From positions 40,649,989-40,713,988 of the forward strand of contig NC_081373.1 of assembly GCF_030684315.1 (NCBI RefSeq): a stretch of 64,000 nt of DNA, written 5' to 3'. The notes beneath the pieces are model-generated. The model made no database searches. It had not been told where the DNA came from and worked only from the letters and a program-made list of their open reading frames with translations. The DNA is from Stegostoma tigrinum. Lineage: Eukaryota. A program made the translations under genes and the position numbers. Shown here one piece after another: positions 1-13,865 of the stretch; position 1 is the first letter of the stretch; each line of letters begins with the position of its first letter.

Positions 1-420
1 CTGCCTCCGTGACCCTCATTGACCACATTCACAAGCATCTATTCACTCCACCACTGACACTCAGGAGCTGCATTGTGTACAATCTATAAAATGCACAGCA
101 GAAATTCATCAAAGATCTTTAGACAGCACCTTCCAAACCCACAATCACCTCCAGCTTGAAGAACAATGGCAGAAGAAACACCAGAATCTGCAAGTTCTTC
201 TGCAAACCACTCACAGTTCTGACTTGGAAATATGTCACCATTCCTCCACTGTCACTGGGTCAAAATCCTAGAATTCCCTCCCTAAGGGCATTGTGGATCA
301 ACCTACATCACATGGACTGCTGCAGTTCAAGAAGGCAACTCACTGCCATCTTCTCTAGGATAAACGGTGACAGACAATAAATGCTGGCCAGCCAGCAACA
401 CACAAGTGAATATGAAAAAA
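1..420 (+). mobile_element. 3' end of CR1/L2-group LINE (family B, same as 59381-60590)
   Basis: Homologous to 60240-60590: ...gcagttcaagaaggcaactcac...caataaatgctggcc...gaatatgaaaaaa tail. Confidence 0.8.
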
Positions 421-435
421 GGCGGAGATGAGAGC

Positions 436-931
436 GAGATAACACGGTGCGAAACTGGATGAACACAGCGGGCCAACCAGCATCAGAGGAGCAGGAAAGC
501 TTGACATTTCAGGTCGGGTCCCGCTTCATCCAGCTTCACACCGTGTTATCTCAGATTCTCCAGCATCGGCAGTTCCTACTATCTCTGTGACAACTTTAAC
601 CCCGCTGCGAAACCTCTTCAAGGATGCCTTCCTTAAAGAAGCTATCCCCCTCCCTCCGAAAAAACCTCAGTTCATCCCTCTCCCACTGCAACCCTCTTGT
701 ACTTTCTTTGGCCTTGAAACTGCTTGACCACGTCCTAAAGCAAATCGGATACTACAGCCACATTTCTCAGTACCTGCCTACGGAACCGGATAATCCCCTC
801 AAAGGAAGAAGGGTCCAGACCCGAAACATCAAGCTATCCTACTCCTCTGATGCTGCTTGGCCTGCTGTGTTCATCCAGCTTCACACCGTGTTATCTCAGA
901 TTCTCCAGCATCGGCGGTTCCTAGTGTCTCA
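436..931. mobile_element. Penelope-like element fragment: inverted terminal arm, partial tandem arm, ORF 5' remnant and second arm
   Basis: 436-520 is the reverse complement of the arm at 810-930; a partial direct copy at 525-585 is followed by an ORF N-terminal remnant (SLRKNLSSSLSHCNP..LKLLDHVLKQ); gagatgag occurs on both flanks. Confidence 0.75.
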
Positions 932-949
932 GAGATGAGCGTTTGTTTT

Positions 950-1175
950 TGTTTTTCTCTTAGAGTCACTAGTCTGTTGAATTCTCCTCCCCAAAGACAG
1001 TGGAGGCTGAGTCATTGAACACATTCAATGCAGAGTTTGAAGAGTTCTCAATTGATAGGGGCAGGCTGGAAAGTAAGAGTTTTATTCACAATCAGTCTAG
1101 CCATGATTGTATAGTATAGCCGAGTTGGCTCAGGAGGGTCAATGCCCTACTCCAGATATTAATTCTTATGTTCTT
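950..1175 (+). mobile_element. CR1 LINE 3' end fragment
   Basis: ...gtggaggctgagtcattgaac...agccatgat...cctactcc...ttcttatgttctt tail shared with other CR1 copies here. Confidence 0.7.
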
Positions 1176-2409
1176 AAGTGTTTCTTTTCAGCAGCTTAAA
1201 GCTTCCCCATGGTGGCTCCCTCAGTTGGGCACTGAATGCCTGATATTGAGAGAATTCCCCACATTGAGGCCACGGGAAAACTCAACAGGGTTTGCTGCAC
1301 AGCTTTCAGGAGGCACAGCAGACTCATTTGAAACCCAAAAATACATCCCAAGCCTTCATTGAATGCCAGTGAGTTCAGGGATAATTGGCTTTAAGTGGTC
1401 ATTAAAGAACGATTAACTGACAGTCTTCCATCAATATGTGGGATTCCCACATCGGGTCTTGGCTGACATTCAGTACAGCTTTCCTGCTGCCCAGGATCAC
1501 ATGCAGATATTCCCACCAGATTTTCCTAGCACCCACCATCGTCCCTGTTCCTGTGTGCTCTCTAAATTGCCCCCAGGTCTTTGAAGAGCAAAGTTGTCTG
1601 TCATGCAGAAATAAAGATAGTCCTGGAAATCTGTGCTATAAGTTGTCCCTAATGGTCTTAACTCTCTGAAATATTGGCAAACGCAATAATGATCCTGGTA
1701 GTTCTACAGGCCTTTCAGAAACTGCCATGCCTACCTCTGTTTGTTGTTCCTGCCAGACATCATTAGCTCGAAATAACCAGCTTACTTTGACGTCCACTAT
1801 TCATGTTGAACTGCTTAAAATTGCAGAAAAACTGTGTAAATCCAACATTCTGAAATCAGCATCAATAGCCTTTTTATAATCAGGAAGAGGAAAATATGTC
1901 TATAAATTCTTAAAGAACGTTGACATTCAATTTAGCAAAATTTTCAAACAGTTTCAGCTGAAAAAATTGCAGGAACAGAGTGTTATCTCTGTAAAATCCA
2001 TTCTTTTTCAAACTGGTTCTAATAATATTGACCAGGATTCTGCTGAAACAATGTGGATCTCATCATCAACTGTTCAATGCACAGCGAGGAAGCCCCTCGG
2101 TTCTGCGGAGAAGGCAAAATGGAAGTGCTTTTCAGAAAGTGAGTGAAGACAGAATGCACAGTATGGTGTGTGGGTGTGGTCGGGGAGTTGGAAGCAAGGA
2201 TACACAGAGGTGACTTTCAGCAAATTGCCTGATCATAAAGACATCCCTAGAAATAGGACAGTAAATCCAACAAGGCATTTGTGACCTCCATTTAATCCCT
2301 GAGGTACGACTGAATTACTTTGGGCCAATGGATGTTAATTGACTCATTAACAAACTCAATCTTGTTGTCAGCCTCTGAGAACCCCACATCTGCCTCTTTC
2401 ATTCTTTGA

Positions 2410-2769
2410 TTGGTGGTACAGTTGCTCAGTGGTTAGCACTGCTACCTCACAATGCCAGGGACCTGTGTACAATTCTGGCCTTGGGTCACTGTCTGCATAG
2501 AATTGAACAGTTTCCCTGTGTTTTTGTGGGTTTCCTCCAGGTGCTTCAGTTGCCTCCCACAGTCCAAAAATCTGCACATTAGATGGATTTGCCATGCTAA
2601 ATTGCCCATAGAATCCAGGGATGTGCAGGCTAGGCCAATTAGCTATGGGAAATGCATGATTACATTTATAGGGTTGATGGTTAGATTTGGGTGGGATGGT
2701 CCTCAGAGAGTCAAAGCAGACTTGATGGGCCTAATAACATTGTTTACCACTGTAGGGGTGCTATGATTC
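2410..2769 (+). mobile_element. HE1-type V-SINE (tRNA-derived)
   Basis: ggtggtacagttgctcagtggttagcactgctacctcac head, V-domain gggtttcctccaggtgc...cccacagtccaaa, CR1-like tail ctatgattcta. Confidence 0.88.
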
Positions 2770-3119
2770 TACGAGTTAATCAAGGAGATTGATGTGGGTC
2801 CTTTCATGATCGATTTATCCCAGCTGCTGTGTTTCCCACTGCAAGTGGTCTGTAATACATCCATCCCATTGATATGAGTATTTGTTGCTGCATTTTCAGA
2901 AACGTGTACAATCATTGGCAGGTAGAGTGACATGAATACACTGTACTTGGCTCGTCCGATTTTTTTTTTTTCCCATTCATGATTGGCTGGAGTACTCATC
3001 ACTATCAAGATATCCCAGGATCCTTGATGCCAATGCTATGTCTAAAAGGCTGTTCTGCCCCTAGTAAAGTACTGGCAGTCTGGAGACGTCCTGCCCAATT
3101 GGAGACACGTTACCCCGAA

Positions 3120-3320
3120 ATGGAAGACAAGGGGAAATTCTGGAGTGCCAATTAGAGGTCCTGGTGGAAAAGGTGGTGCAGAGGAGGGAGGCCCCCACCA
3201 GCACAGGATGCCAAGATAACAAACACTGCCAGACTGATGGTCAGTGGGGCTCAATCATGCAGAGGAATGCCCAACAGTCTAGGAAGAATACCAATGAATC
3301 TTCTCCACTCTATGAATACA
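3120..3320 (+). mobile_element. Decayed Myb/SANT-like coding remnant (Harbinger-type)
   Basis: Translates in pieces to LEVLVEKVVQRRE...QRNAQQSRKNTN, resembling the LE.LV..V..RR...R...QCRKK.NDL pattern. Confidence 0.5.
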
Positions 3321-4121
3321 AATAAGTTGTGTTGGGGTTTTAATGAGATGCAACTGCATGGAAATAAGCAAATCACCACTCAAGGTCATGATCCTGAAGC
3401 TCCATTAAAGTAACATTCTCAACATTAAGAATCTAACTTTTTTTCATTCTTGCCCTATTTATCGTAGGCCTCACAATGTTCAAGCCACACCACGGAAGCA
3501 AAAATTCCACCCAATGTAACTAAACAACTGATGTTTTATGTACAATGTTTTCGTGACTAGAATAAGTAATTCATTTTTATTTGCCCCATCTTCTCCCAAA
3601 GGATTTTGCTTCTGGAATAAGCCTAGGAGTAGGCATACTGTCTCTGGGGAGGGAACAGGATGTGGTTTATAAGTCACAAAAGTAAACATAAAGGTGGCAC
3701 TTTTATTCAGCTTGTCATATAATTCCAATACTCTAAAAATGGCAGAATGGGGAGATGAGTTTTCTGACTGTTCTTGAATATACATAAATGGCATAGGTCT
3801 TCACTCTTCTCATGAGAGAATGGTAGAAAAAAGCTATTTAACTTAATGCTGTCAGTTAATAATTCCCTTTGGCAAGCCACCACTCCTGGCAGGGTATCTA
3901 GTATGTTCACTTAACATTGGTTCTCTCACAGCATTGCTTATGAGTTATACCATTGTATTACGTATGATTAATAGTGAAAAATTCCATAACATGCATTATA
4001 TAATAATGTCTTGGTCAGTTTACATAATGCCTCTGTTCAATGCTGCATCAAAATTGTACTGGTTGGCATACAGCTTTTCAATAATTTACAGTGATATAAA
4101 CTAGCAACGTAATATTCAATA

Positions 4122-4150
4122 TCCAGCATCTGCAGTTCCCATTATCTCTG
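4122..4150 (+). mobile_element. 29-nt extreme 3' tip of a PLE with perfect 16-bp TSD
   Basis: tccagcatctgcagttcccattatctctg matches the 3' end of the PLE copy ending at 45403; aacgtaatattcaata at 4106-4121 and 4151-4166. Confidence 0.9.
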
Positions 4151-4958
4151 AACGTAATATTCAATACTGACTTTCTCAGAGTCTTAAGTGTTGCATTATT
4201 TGCATTGAAGAATTCAATGATTCAGTCTGATTTCTTACATCAACAACCCAGGCAAACTTTGTTCATCAAAAAAAACGCAAAGTCCAAAAAAAAGCATCAA
4301 AATATTAACACAGTCCCATGAAATAGGCTCACAATTGCACAAATAAACAGAATTTTTATTTCATGAAGTTTTAAAAAACGTGAATATGGATATATTTTAA
4401 TTGGTGTCAGGGACATTATATGAAAGTGTGAATATATTTTCCTCCTACACAATATGAAATGTAATTTGTTATATGCTGTAAATTATACAAGAGCCAATGA
4501 TTTATAACTTAGTTGTGTTTTCCATGGTTAGTAATATTTGAAACAGAAATATTTACAATATATAAAATCCAGCATTGCTGCATAATTAAAGCTCTGTGTC
4601 TCGTGTTCAGCTATGGGTTGCCTTTGAAAATGTCACATTTATAAAACGTCTTACAACGAAATATCGATGATTGGATGAAAACAAGATACACAGTTCTTAA
4701 AGTGACAATCAAATATCATTTCAAAACAATATGAACTGATAGCAAGCAGCTATTTAGTAAAATCTGAGCAACAAATTTGTGATTCACAACTAACAGATAC
4801 ATCAGCCCATCAAATTGCTCAGATAGCTTTGCACTGCTTTCCGTCGCCCTATTTCTTCTTTTATCAGGTCAATTTCTAGCTAGAAATAATGTTCATAATA
4901 GAATCACATAGAAAAATAATATGTTTGGGACTTGTTATAATGTCTCCATTTTACTCAC

Positions 4959-5091
4959 CTTCTAAAACCTCCAGTTAAAGTCACAACGGCATCAGGTATG
5001 TAGCCATGAACGGTGGTTTCTATAATTTGAGCTACAGCTTCTGCCTCTGGTTTTGTTACAGCATTATTGATGTCCTCATAGAACAAAAAAC
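4959..5091 (-). CDS. DNTT: TdT exon 7 equivalent (palm): (G)FLFYEDINNAVTKPEAEAVAQIIETTVHGYIPDAVVTLTGGFRR
   Basis: Acceptor tttcccctccttag|GT, donor AGAAG|gtgagt; 133 nt, phase 1/2; ends in the Pol X TGGFRR(G) motif; the catalytic GHDVD exon was not found in the window. Confidence 0.98.
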
Positions 5092-5614
5092 CTAAGGAGG
5101 GGAAAGTTTCATGAAGCTTTCATTAAGTACTTCAGTGTGCAGCTGCATCTGAAACATTTAAGCCATGGTTAAAGTCAAATAACATCAACCCTTATGTTTC
5201 AGATTCCGCTTGCCTTTAGTTTACATCACCATAGGAGATGACATCCTCAAGCAGATTAGATTGCATAGAGAAACAGAATTGTGGGACAAATTTGATGGTA
5301 TTGGTTTATGATTTGGACAAGGATCCTACAAACTTCTGGATGCATAAATCTAGAAATTCATGTCCAGGCATGTGTTAAAAATCATTCTTGTCTGTCAGCC
5401 TTAGAAGAGACTGTGTTCATGCCAATAATAGATGTAATATATGATGGGTTGGTTCCAATAACATGTGAATTCTAAAATCCTACTTCCAATTCCATACAAA
5501 GCTACAACCCATATTTTTCTAAGCTATATTTTGTGATATTTCAACTGCAGAGGGCACACTTCCCATGTATGTACTTGCAGTCCCAGCGGTGACAAAGCTG
5601 CAAATGAGAAAAGA

Positions 5615-5751
5615 GTAGGAAGGCTGATGATGAAAGGCCTGGGCCTGAAACATCAGCTTTCCTGCTCCTCTGATGCTGCTGGGCCTGCTGTGTTCATCCA
5701 GCTCCACATCTTGTTATTTCAGATTCTCCAGCATCTGTAATTCCTACTATC
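5615..5751 (+). mobile_element. PLE terminal arm with degenerate hammerhead motif and 12-bp TSD
   Basis: tgatgaaaggcctgggcctgaaacatcagctttcctgctcctctgatgctgc...; TSD aatgagaaaaga at 5603-5614 and 5752-5763. Confidence 0.85.
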
Positions 5752-5829
5752 AATGAGAAAAGAATTCTGATCATTGAAAGGATTTGTCAAAAAGCAGAAG
5801 CACTTCTGTGAAATTTTCCATGGATTAGA

Positions 5830-7450
5830 GTACTTTATTGAACGTAGTAGAAACAATCCAAATGGCAGCCAGTAAACTCTGATTACAAGGTTACACTTTG
5901 CTGCCTGTTATTTCCCCGAGTGCAACATGTGCTTACACTGTATTAGAATTTTGCCAACACTCATTGTGGTGGGAGAGATTTTTGACTGAGGTGTTACTTT
6001 GTTAGCCTGAAATAAGTGATCATCTGTACCATCAGACAGACTAGAGATCAGAACAGCCAGACTTTGTAAAACTGTGCAGCAAGGGCTGAAGAAAGAACCA
6101 CAAGAGCACTGGGCAGAAATTTCAAAGGTTTTGAAACTAAATTGAACATAGCACATAAATGTTGTGTGTTCAAATTTACAGTGCAGAGTGAAGAAGGGCA
6201 GATTGATAGATAGGTGACTGCATGGAATAAGGTTGGAGAATCCTGTGAATTCAGGCACCTAAAAGGTGATTGAATTAAAGATAGAATTATCTTTGACATA
6301 AATGATCCTCTCCTAATGATCCTGCAATGACAATGAGCTTGTGATCAACAGCAAATGCGCATACTTGAGAGAAGGGTCTGTTTCCATGTTGTATGACTCT
6401 ATAACAGATGAGTTTGTCCACAATGTGCAAAAGCAGCCCAAATCTGTGTAATACTTTGAGCAGCTCAGACCTGTTCACAATCTTGAAAAGCAGTCTAGAT
6501 CTTTCGAGCGCAAAAATATGAAAAGCAACAATAAGTATCTGTGGAAAGTCAGCATAACAGATCAAGATTAGCAGATAACTTGTAGCTATCATGGGGGTCA
6601 TTCAAAAAAGATGTCCAACATGGAGAATGCAGCATTTTAACTGCAAGAAGCTAAACCACTTTGCACAGAACCTGCCAAGGATATAAACAAAGATATGAAC
6701 AAGGCTACAAAGCCTGTCGAGATGATTACTCCAGAGAGGCTGACAAGTCAAACACTTTTGCTACAGAAATGTCAGACAACAATTTTGGATAACTCAATAT
6801 ACACCTTTAAAACAGGTTAGCAACTTCAAATTTGAAGCAGAAAAATAGCCTGTAACGATTGCAATGGAGGACAGCAGAACAAAAGCAACAAAAGAAATGA
6901 ATTACCAGAGAGACAAAGTTGTTTCCCACAACATTAAGAGCTTCGTAGATGTGTAAAATTATACCAGATGTCAATCTAGAATGAAACTCTGGAAGGTAAC
7001 GCTAAAGCTCTGTGGAAGGAGTGAGGCTTACCACAAAAGGACAAATTAGTCTATAAGCCCAAAGCAATGACCAGGCAGATGATCTAGAATTCCAGACAAA
7101 GCTAAAGTATCAATCATGTCAGCGGAAGCAAGTCAAAAAATTGGACGAGCAACCCCAAATATGCCAATAGAGATTTATTATTACTAGGTTACTTTAAATG
7201 ATGAACAGGAAAATAATCTGCAATAAAGAAAGGGTCCAACTGCAAGACCACAAAGAAACTTGATGCTCTAGTTAAGATAATTGAACAGATTGCCTTGCTG
7301 GGCACAACTAAACATAACAAAAAGAACGGGACCAAAGACAGGATCAGTGAAAATCAGCAGATTCAGCTCAGAAGATTTCAAGACAAAGCCAGACAAGACA
7401 TCATTCCAAATAGCAAAAGTTGGCTAAAAACAAAGTTGCCTTTTGACAGA
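5830..7450 (+). mobile_element. Decayed Gypsy-type LTR retrotransposon internal (gag) remnant
   Basis: ESCEFRHLKGD*IKDRIIFDIND (~6238-6306) and degenerate knuckle KRCPTWRMQHFNCKKLNHFAQ (~6607-6670); boundaries approximate. Confidence 0.6.
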
Positions 7451-8314
7451 TTTTAAAAAAGGGGGTTGACCAGAATAACAAACAGTCTTGCCAATACAAT
7501 GTGAACAGTTTGCACAGTGAAACACCTGGGTAATTCACACTGTTAATGGTGATGCAGGCAAATTTGATTTCCTTTGATAAAGTGTTTTTATGGATTGAAA
7601 TCACATCAATGTCGTTCCTAGTCATGTTACCTCTGAAAGAGGCTCTCAATATAAGCAGTCATCCAACAACTATTTCAATAAGCTCACAGTACAAGCAAGA
7701 GTGTTGCCCTGTGAATTTGCAACAATATGAGAGTGTATACCTCCACAGGCAAATACAAGATCATTGTGAATTTATAGCAACTCCTTAGCTCAGCCCCAGC
7801 CAGCTTCCGCTTCTCTGGTGAGTGACCAGGACTTAGATTCAACTATATTTTTCTCCAGTTCTTCTTACACAACGAAAGGCAGTAGTGGTTTTATTAGTTG
7901 TTGTGCCGCTTGAAGCAGTGGGATAGGAGAAAAGGTAGATTTGACACTTTGCTGGTTCAGCCTGTGGAGAGACCCTTGGGCTGAAAGTTGCCTGGCAACA
8001 GCTTTGGGGTTTTGCTTCCTGTTTCCGACAGACCTGGGAGAGTGAGGCAGTTGAAAACAGACCTCAAAGAAACCTGCAGCAAAAGACAGCTCTCTTCAGC
8101 CTGGAAAAGAAAACCTACTGGTTGTTAAAGAAAATCCTCCAAAGGAACCTACACCAAAGATACATCTCTGCCCTGTTGCAGCGGGTGAAAAATCCTCACA
8201 GTTGTGGAGAAGTTGACCAGGAAACAATCCCCCTCCCCCTCTCCCTCTCCCTCTCCCTCTCCATAAAGTATAACGTTCAAAAAGACTCTGAAGGACGAAT
8301 AGTTACTCAGTAAA

Positions 8315-9125
8315 AGACTAACATAAGAACTAGGAGCAGGAGAAGGCCATCTGGCCCCTCGAGCCTGCCCTGCCATTTAATAAGATCATGCTGATCTTTG
8401 AGACTCAGCTCCACTTACCCACCCACTCACCATAACCCTTAACTCCTTTACTGTTCAAAAATTTATCTAGCCTTGCCTTAAAACATTCAGTGAGGTAGCT
8501 TCAACCACTTCACTGGGCAGGGAATGCCACAGATTCACAACCCTTTGGGTGAAGAAGTTCCTCCTGACCTCAGTCCAACATCTGCTTCCCTTTATTTTGA
8601 GGTGATGCCCTCTAGTCCTAGTTTCACCTGCTAGCAGAAACATCTTCCCTGCCTCCACCTTATCTATTCCCTTCATAATCTTACATGTTTCTGTAAGATC
8701 TCCCCTCATTCGTCTGAATTCCAATGAGTATTATCCCAGTCTACTCAGTCTCTCCTCATAATCCAACCTCTCAACTCTGGAATCAACCAAGACAATCTCC
8801 TCTGCACCACCTCCAGCGCTAGTATATCTCTTCTCAAGTACGGAGACCAAAACTGCACACCGTGCTCCAGGTGTGGCCTCACCAGGACCCTCTAGAGCAG
8901 CAGCATAGCCTCCCTGTTTTTAAAATCCATCCTTCGAGCAATGGCAGACAAAATTCCATTTGCCTTTTTAATCACCTGCTGCTCCTGCAATCCCACCTTC
9001 AGCGATTCATGCACAAGGACACCCAAGTCCCTCTGCACAGCAGCGTGCTGCAGTTTTTAACCCTATAAAGCATAGTCCATTTTGCCATTATTCCTAACAA
9101 AATGGATGATCTCACACTTATCAAG
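8315..9125 (-). mobile_element. CR1 LINE 3' fragment (RT C-terminus and 3'UTR)
   Basis: ORF 8467-8724 EFRRMRGDLTETCKIMKG...TRGH.LK...RRNFFTQRVVNLW is canonical CR1 ORF2 C-terminus. Confidence 0.92.
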
Positions 9126-10395
9126 GTAGACTTGGGGTCTTTGGACTGCAAGTCTGCAATTGCTCTGCTGCCGACAACAACATGATCATAGTCAATGGAA
9201 AGCTAACAATTACTATAAGAACATCACGTCATTCCACCCTCGTGATGTGGAATCTTGATTTACAGGACTTTTCCTTTTGTCTGCGTTTCTTTTTTCATCC
9301 AAATCATTTCTAAACAGTTGTATATCTTGTCTGTCTCTACCTATGCTCAACATATGGCTGTTTGCTATACAAACTTAAAACTATATCCCATTTAAAAGCA
9401 ATGATTAGTAATGATTTTGCTACTTGTCAACGAATAAGATCATTCGTAATGTATAAACCTTTTTTGCTCATTGATGAAACCTGACAGGATTGTCTTGGAC
9501 AGCAAACAAAGTAACCACCTTGGTAACTTAATTGTTCATTACTCTATTTTTAACACAATTAGCAATACTGGTATAATTTAGTGTACTGCTGTGCTGGAAG
9601 ATACGTCAAAATATTACAGGTTCAAAAACAAATTACACAATGAGAAAGTGTAACCACCATGTTAATTCAGAGACAACGAGTAGATTCCCCAATGTTAAGG
9701 TGAAGTGGGTCTTCTGTTTACATCTCCTGCAACACCTCACCCTATGAGTCAATTGCTCAGGTTGAGGTCATTTTAGGAACAGGACTTGAAACACCACATG
9801 AAAGTCCACCAGTTCAATGGAGGAGAATCATGACTGCACTGCAGTGCCTCCACTACAGAAGAAGCAATAAGGGGCCCAGGGTACAAAATGGAAAATTTAT
9901 TTGAAGGCTTCTGCTGATACTAAGACTTAGGAAGTTAAAGGTTTGGGGCAGAAGCAGAATGACCAGAAGCCTGGAGTGGAACCACTTTAATCTTCAGAAG
10001 AATCGTGGACCCAGCCAGCACCTCAGCCACAGCGATCTTCACATGGAATTCATGGAAAACTACAGTAACGATGGTCATTGGCAGAGAAAATGTCTTAAAC
10101 TGAGGCTCTGCCAACCTGTATATCTACGAGCAGGGATAAAGGATTATTCAGCAGTGGTCCTGCCAGTTTGGGGAGGGAAATTGAAGTTAGGCAATGGTAA
10201 TTTTGGGCAGGATCATGGAAGCCTAGTACAACCTGCGAGTAATGCCCATGAAGATCATGATATGAGTGCATCCCCATACAGTTTTGGACACAATTTTATC
10301 TTTGCTTCTTAGTTTCACACATGTACAGCATGGAAGCAATAGAGAGTAGAAGGTAATCAGAAGTACAATTATGCAGATTTTTTACTATGAAATTA

Positions 10396-10563
<168 letters not shown>

Positions 10564-11859
10564 CTACAGTAAAATGAACTATGTTAACTGGATATACATA
10601 CTCTGCCATGCATTATCATTTCACCATATATTCATTGCTTTCATATTAACATTCATTTTTAACAAATGCATCAAACACTGTAGGGCGAAAAATGCTTTGA
10701 ACAAAATTGCAACATTTTTCTGACAAGATTTTACTCACTTGAAATAAAACCTCTTATAATCCTGTTCATGCTATTTTCTTAACTAAATTCCAAAGTTTTG
10801 ACTTACATACAAATCTTCTCAAAACTCACTTACATATGAACTAACCACAGTGATAAGAAATATGAATTGTTAAAGTCACCCTAATTTGCTTGCATGTATC
10901 CACCTCTGTGCTGTATTGGTCTTAATAATGACATAAATGGCTAATGTTAAACACCAAAACAAAATGGACTGGATTCAAGTGCAATTTGTAAATTTTTAAA
11001 ACTTCAAACTGGATCCCAAACTTTCCACTTTTGAATAGGTGGCAGGCCCGCTACAGGAAGCAGATTTGTCTAATGAGCTTGAATAGTCTAATGACTTTAG
11101 ACGCTTCACATTTAACTTGTCTTATGCATTCAATCTCAATAAGTTTTTGAGGTTCCCAAATCTTGGTTATTTACAACTCAGGGGGTGGGTTAAAGTTGTA
11201 GGCCAGAAGGAGCAAGGATGCATCTTTCTAGTCCACCAAACCATCCACTTTACAATGACTGAACCCTTAACTCCATCATTGACATAACACTTGTCCAACA
11301 CCCATTCAAAACTCCCTCACTTCTGGGATCTGGCCATATCCTCCCCTCTGGAATAGAGAATCAAATTACTTTGGTCTTCCCATTACCTCCCAATAATAAG
11401 ACCCCAAAGAACACTCCCACCAAAGAAGCAACAGGTTAATTATCTTTTGCATGCACCTGAAACCTCCTCAAGACTATGACTGACAGAAGAGGCTACCAAG
11501 CTTGTAAGTCAGGCTACCACCTAGCTGAGAAAATCATTGGAAAAAATTGCCCATTTTGGAATCCAAATTCCACAGGAGTTGGGGAAGCCCAGATTCTAAT
11601 GTTTACCAACTAAAGCTGCTTCTCCTACTCACCACACAAACCACTCCTGTCATTATTAGGTTTAGAGACTACTTTGCCTTCGATTCTTACAGAACTGGGT
11701 AGAGTTTGTAAAGTTAGAAATAGAGCTGATAATTGTCAAGTCTAACAGACTCGGGAAACAGGTAGCAGGAATTTGGCTACCCATATAGCCCTCTACCTTT
11801 TACGTACATTTTTAATTATATACTCTCCTGTAACGCTTTTCCTCCATTACATACTGTAC

Positions 11860-13030
11860 ATAGAACAGAGAACAGTACAGCACGGCCCTTTGGCCCACCA
11901 TGTCTGTGCTGACCATAATGCCATTCTAAATTAATCCCATCTGGTTGTAGATGGTCTGTACCTCTTTACTCCCTGCTTGTTCATGTACTTGTCTAAATGC
12001 CTCTTAAGCATTACTATTTATCTGCTTCTACCTCCTCCCCTGGCAGGACATTCCAGGCACTTACAACCTTCTATGTAAAAAAGCCTTCTCCCGCTCACTG
12101 TAAACCTATGCTCCCTAGCATTTGACATTTTATCCCTGGGAAAAAGACCAAGTATCCACCCTATCCATGCCTCTCATAATTTTATATAGTTCTATTGGTT
12201 CACCCCTCAGCCTCCAATGCTCGACTGTAAACAGTCTAGGTTTGTCCTACCTCTCCTTATAGCTAATACTTTCCAACCCAGGCAACATCCTGGTTTTGCA
12301 AAGCCTCCACATCCTCCAACAGTGTGGTGATCAGAACTGCACACAGTGCTCCAAATGTGGCTTAGCTGAAGTTTTATACAGCTGCAATGTGACTGTGTCA
12401 ACTTTTATACTCAATGCCCTGACAAATGAGGGCAAGCATGTTGCATGCCTTCTTCACCACTTTATCTGTTTGTGTTGACACTTTCAGGGAGCTCTGGACT
12501 TGCACCCAAGATCCGTCTGTCTATCAATGCTCTAACGGTCATGCCATTTATTGTACATTTTCCTCTAGCATTTGACCTCCCAAAATGCATCATCTCATGT
12601 TTGGCCGAATTAAACTGTAGCTCAATGGTTAGCACTGCTGCCTCACAGCGCCAGGAACCTGGGTTCAATTCCACCCTTGGAAGACTGTCTGTGTGGAGTT
12701 TGCACGTTCTCCCCGTATCCCTGTAGGTTTCCTGTGAGTGCTCCGGTTTCCTCCCACAGTCCAAAGATATGCTGGCTAGGTAGATTGGTTCTGCTAAAAT
12801 GCCCATATTGTTCAGGTATGTGTAGGTTAGGTGGATTATAGTAGAATGGGTCTGGATGGGATGCTTTGAGGGTCAGTGTGGACTTGCTGGGCCTGTTTCC
12901 CCTGCAAAAATCTCTGTCAAGGCTCCAGGAATCTCCTCCCTTGTCTCCTTCAGTATCCTAGGAAAGATCCTATCAGGCCCTGGGGACTTATCTACTTTAA
13001 TGTTTTTCACTGCCTCCTTCTACATATCGA
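11860..13030 (-). mobile_element. CR1 LINE 3' fragment interrupted by an HE1 SINE
   Basis: QFNSAKHEMMHFGRSN and HLEHCVQF motifs on minus; CR1 sequence resumes after 12905 (atcaggccctggggacttatc). Confidence 0.85.
12617..12905 (+). mobile_element. HE1-type V-SINE nested in CR1
   Basis: gctcaatggttagcactgctgcctcacagcgccagg...gtttcctcccacagtccaaagat...gggcctgtttccc. Confidence 0.9.
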
Positions 13031-13589
13031 CATTGTCCAAAATATCAACACCCCCCGCCCCCCCAACAATCTTACCATTATCCATGTCTTCCTGTAATCA
13101 TAATACATGGTCATTACACACCTTACCCATAACATACCCCATTCACTACAAATCCCTTTCATTAAACACTTTGACCATTATACATGATGACCATTACAGA
13201 ACCTGACTGTTACACCCCTTACCCTTTATGTGCTCTAACCAGTACACATTCTTAGCGTTACGGTTTTACCTATTACATATCGTGTTCAATACACACTGTG
13301 GACAATTGTATGTTCTGACCAATAAACACTCTGAATGTTACACTCTAAGCTGAAGCTTACTCCTTTTTAAGTAAGTCTAAATTGTGTCAAGCTTTTTGGA
13401 CAGATTCCTATTATAGGCCTCATTGTATCTTACCAAACTCACCTCATTAATTACCTACCTCACCCCATGACATCTCCTACATCCAATGTCTGCCCCACCT
13501 TACCTACGCCATTCCCAGAACAACTGGTCACTTGGCAGATATCCCATTATTCCTTTGGCCCACACCATCTTCAAAACACCATAAGGAAC

Positions 13590-13865
13590 CCCGACGAGCG
13601 CTGGTAGTGTGGAGCAACCCGTACATTTGCCCTGGACAAAGCAGCCAAGGGGGAATCAGTAAGCTGCTTGGTGGGCAGGGTCACGGAGGTCCTGCTGGGA
13701 AGGGTAATGCAAATACTTGATTTCCTTCCCCGACTACACCCAGCATTGGAAAACGTGACACTACTCTACGGCAGCCTGAGTCGAGGTTTCCACACAGTTT
13801 AAGGTGGTGTGCCCAGAACTGTAGAAAGAAGATCGATGTCCTTCTCTACTCCGTCAGTGTAAGTA
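13590..13865 (+). mobile_element. Decayed Myb/SANT-like coding remnant (Harbinger-type)
   Basis: Ends QNCRKKIDVLLYSVS followed by a gtaagt donor-like site. Confidence 0.5.

Noticed and set aside
2410-2490. tRNA-like heads with A/B boxes (also at 12617 and 50340-50418)
   Set aside because: These are the tRNA-derived 5' parts of HE1 SINEs, not tRNA genes.
7600-9560. LTR-like sequence downstream of the Gypsy remnant, split by CR1
   Set aside because: No second LTR, PBS or clear TG...CA ends could be identified, so it was not called.
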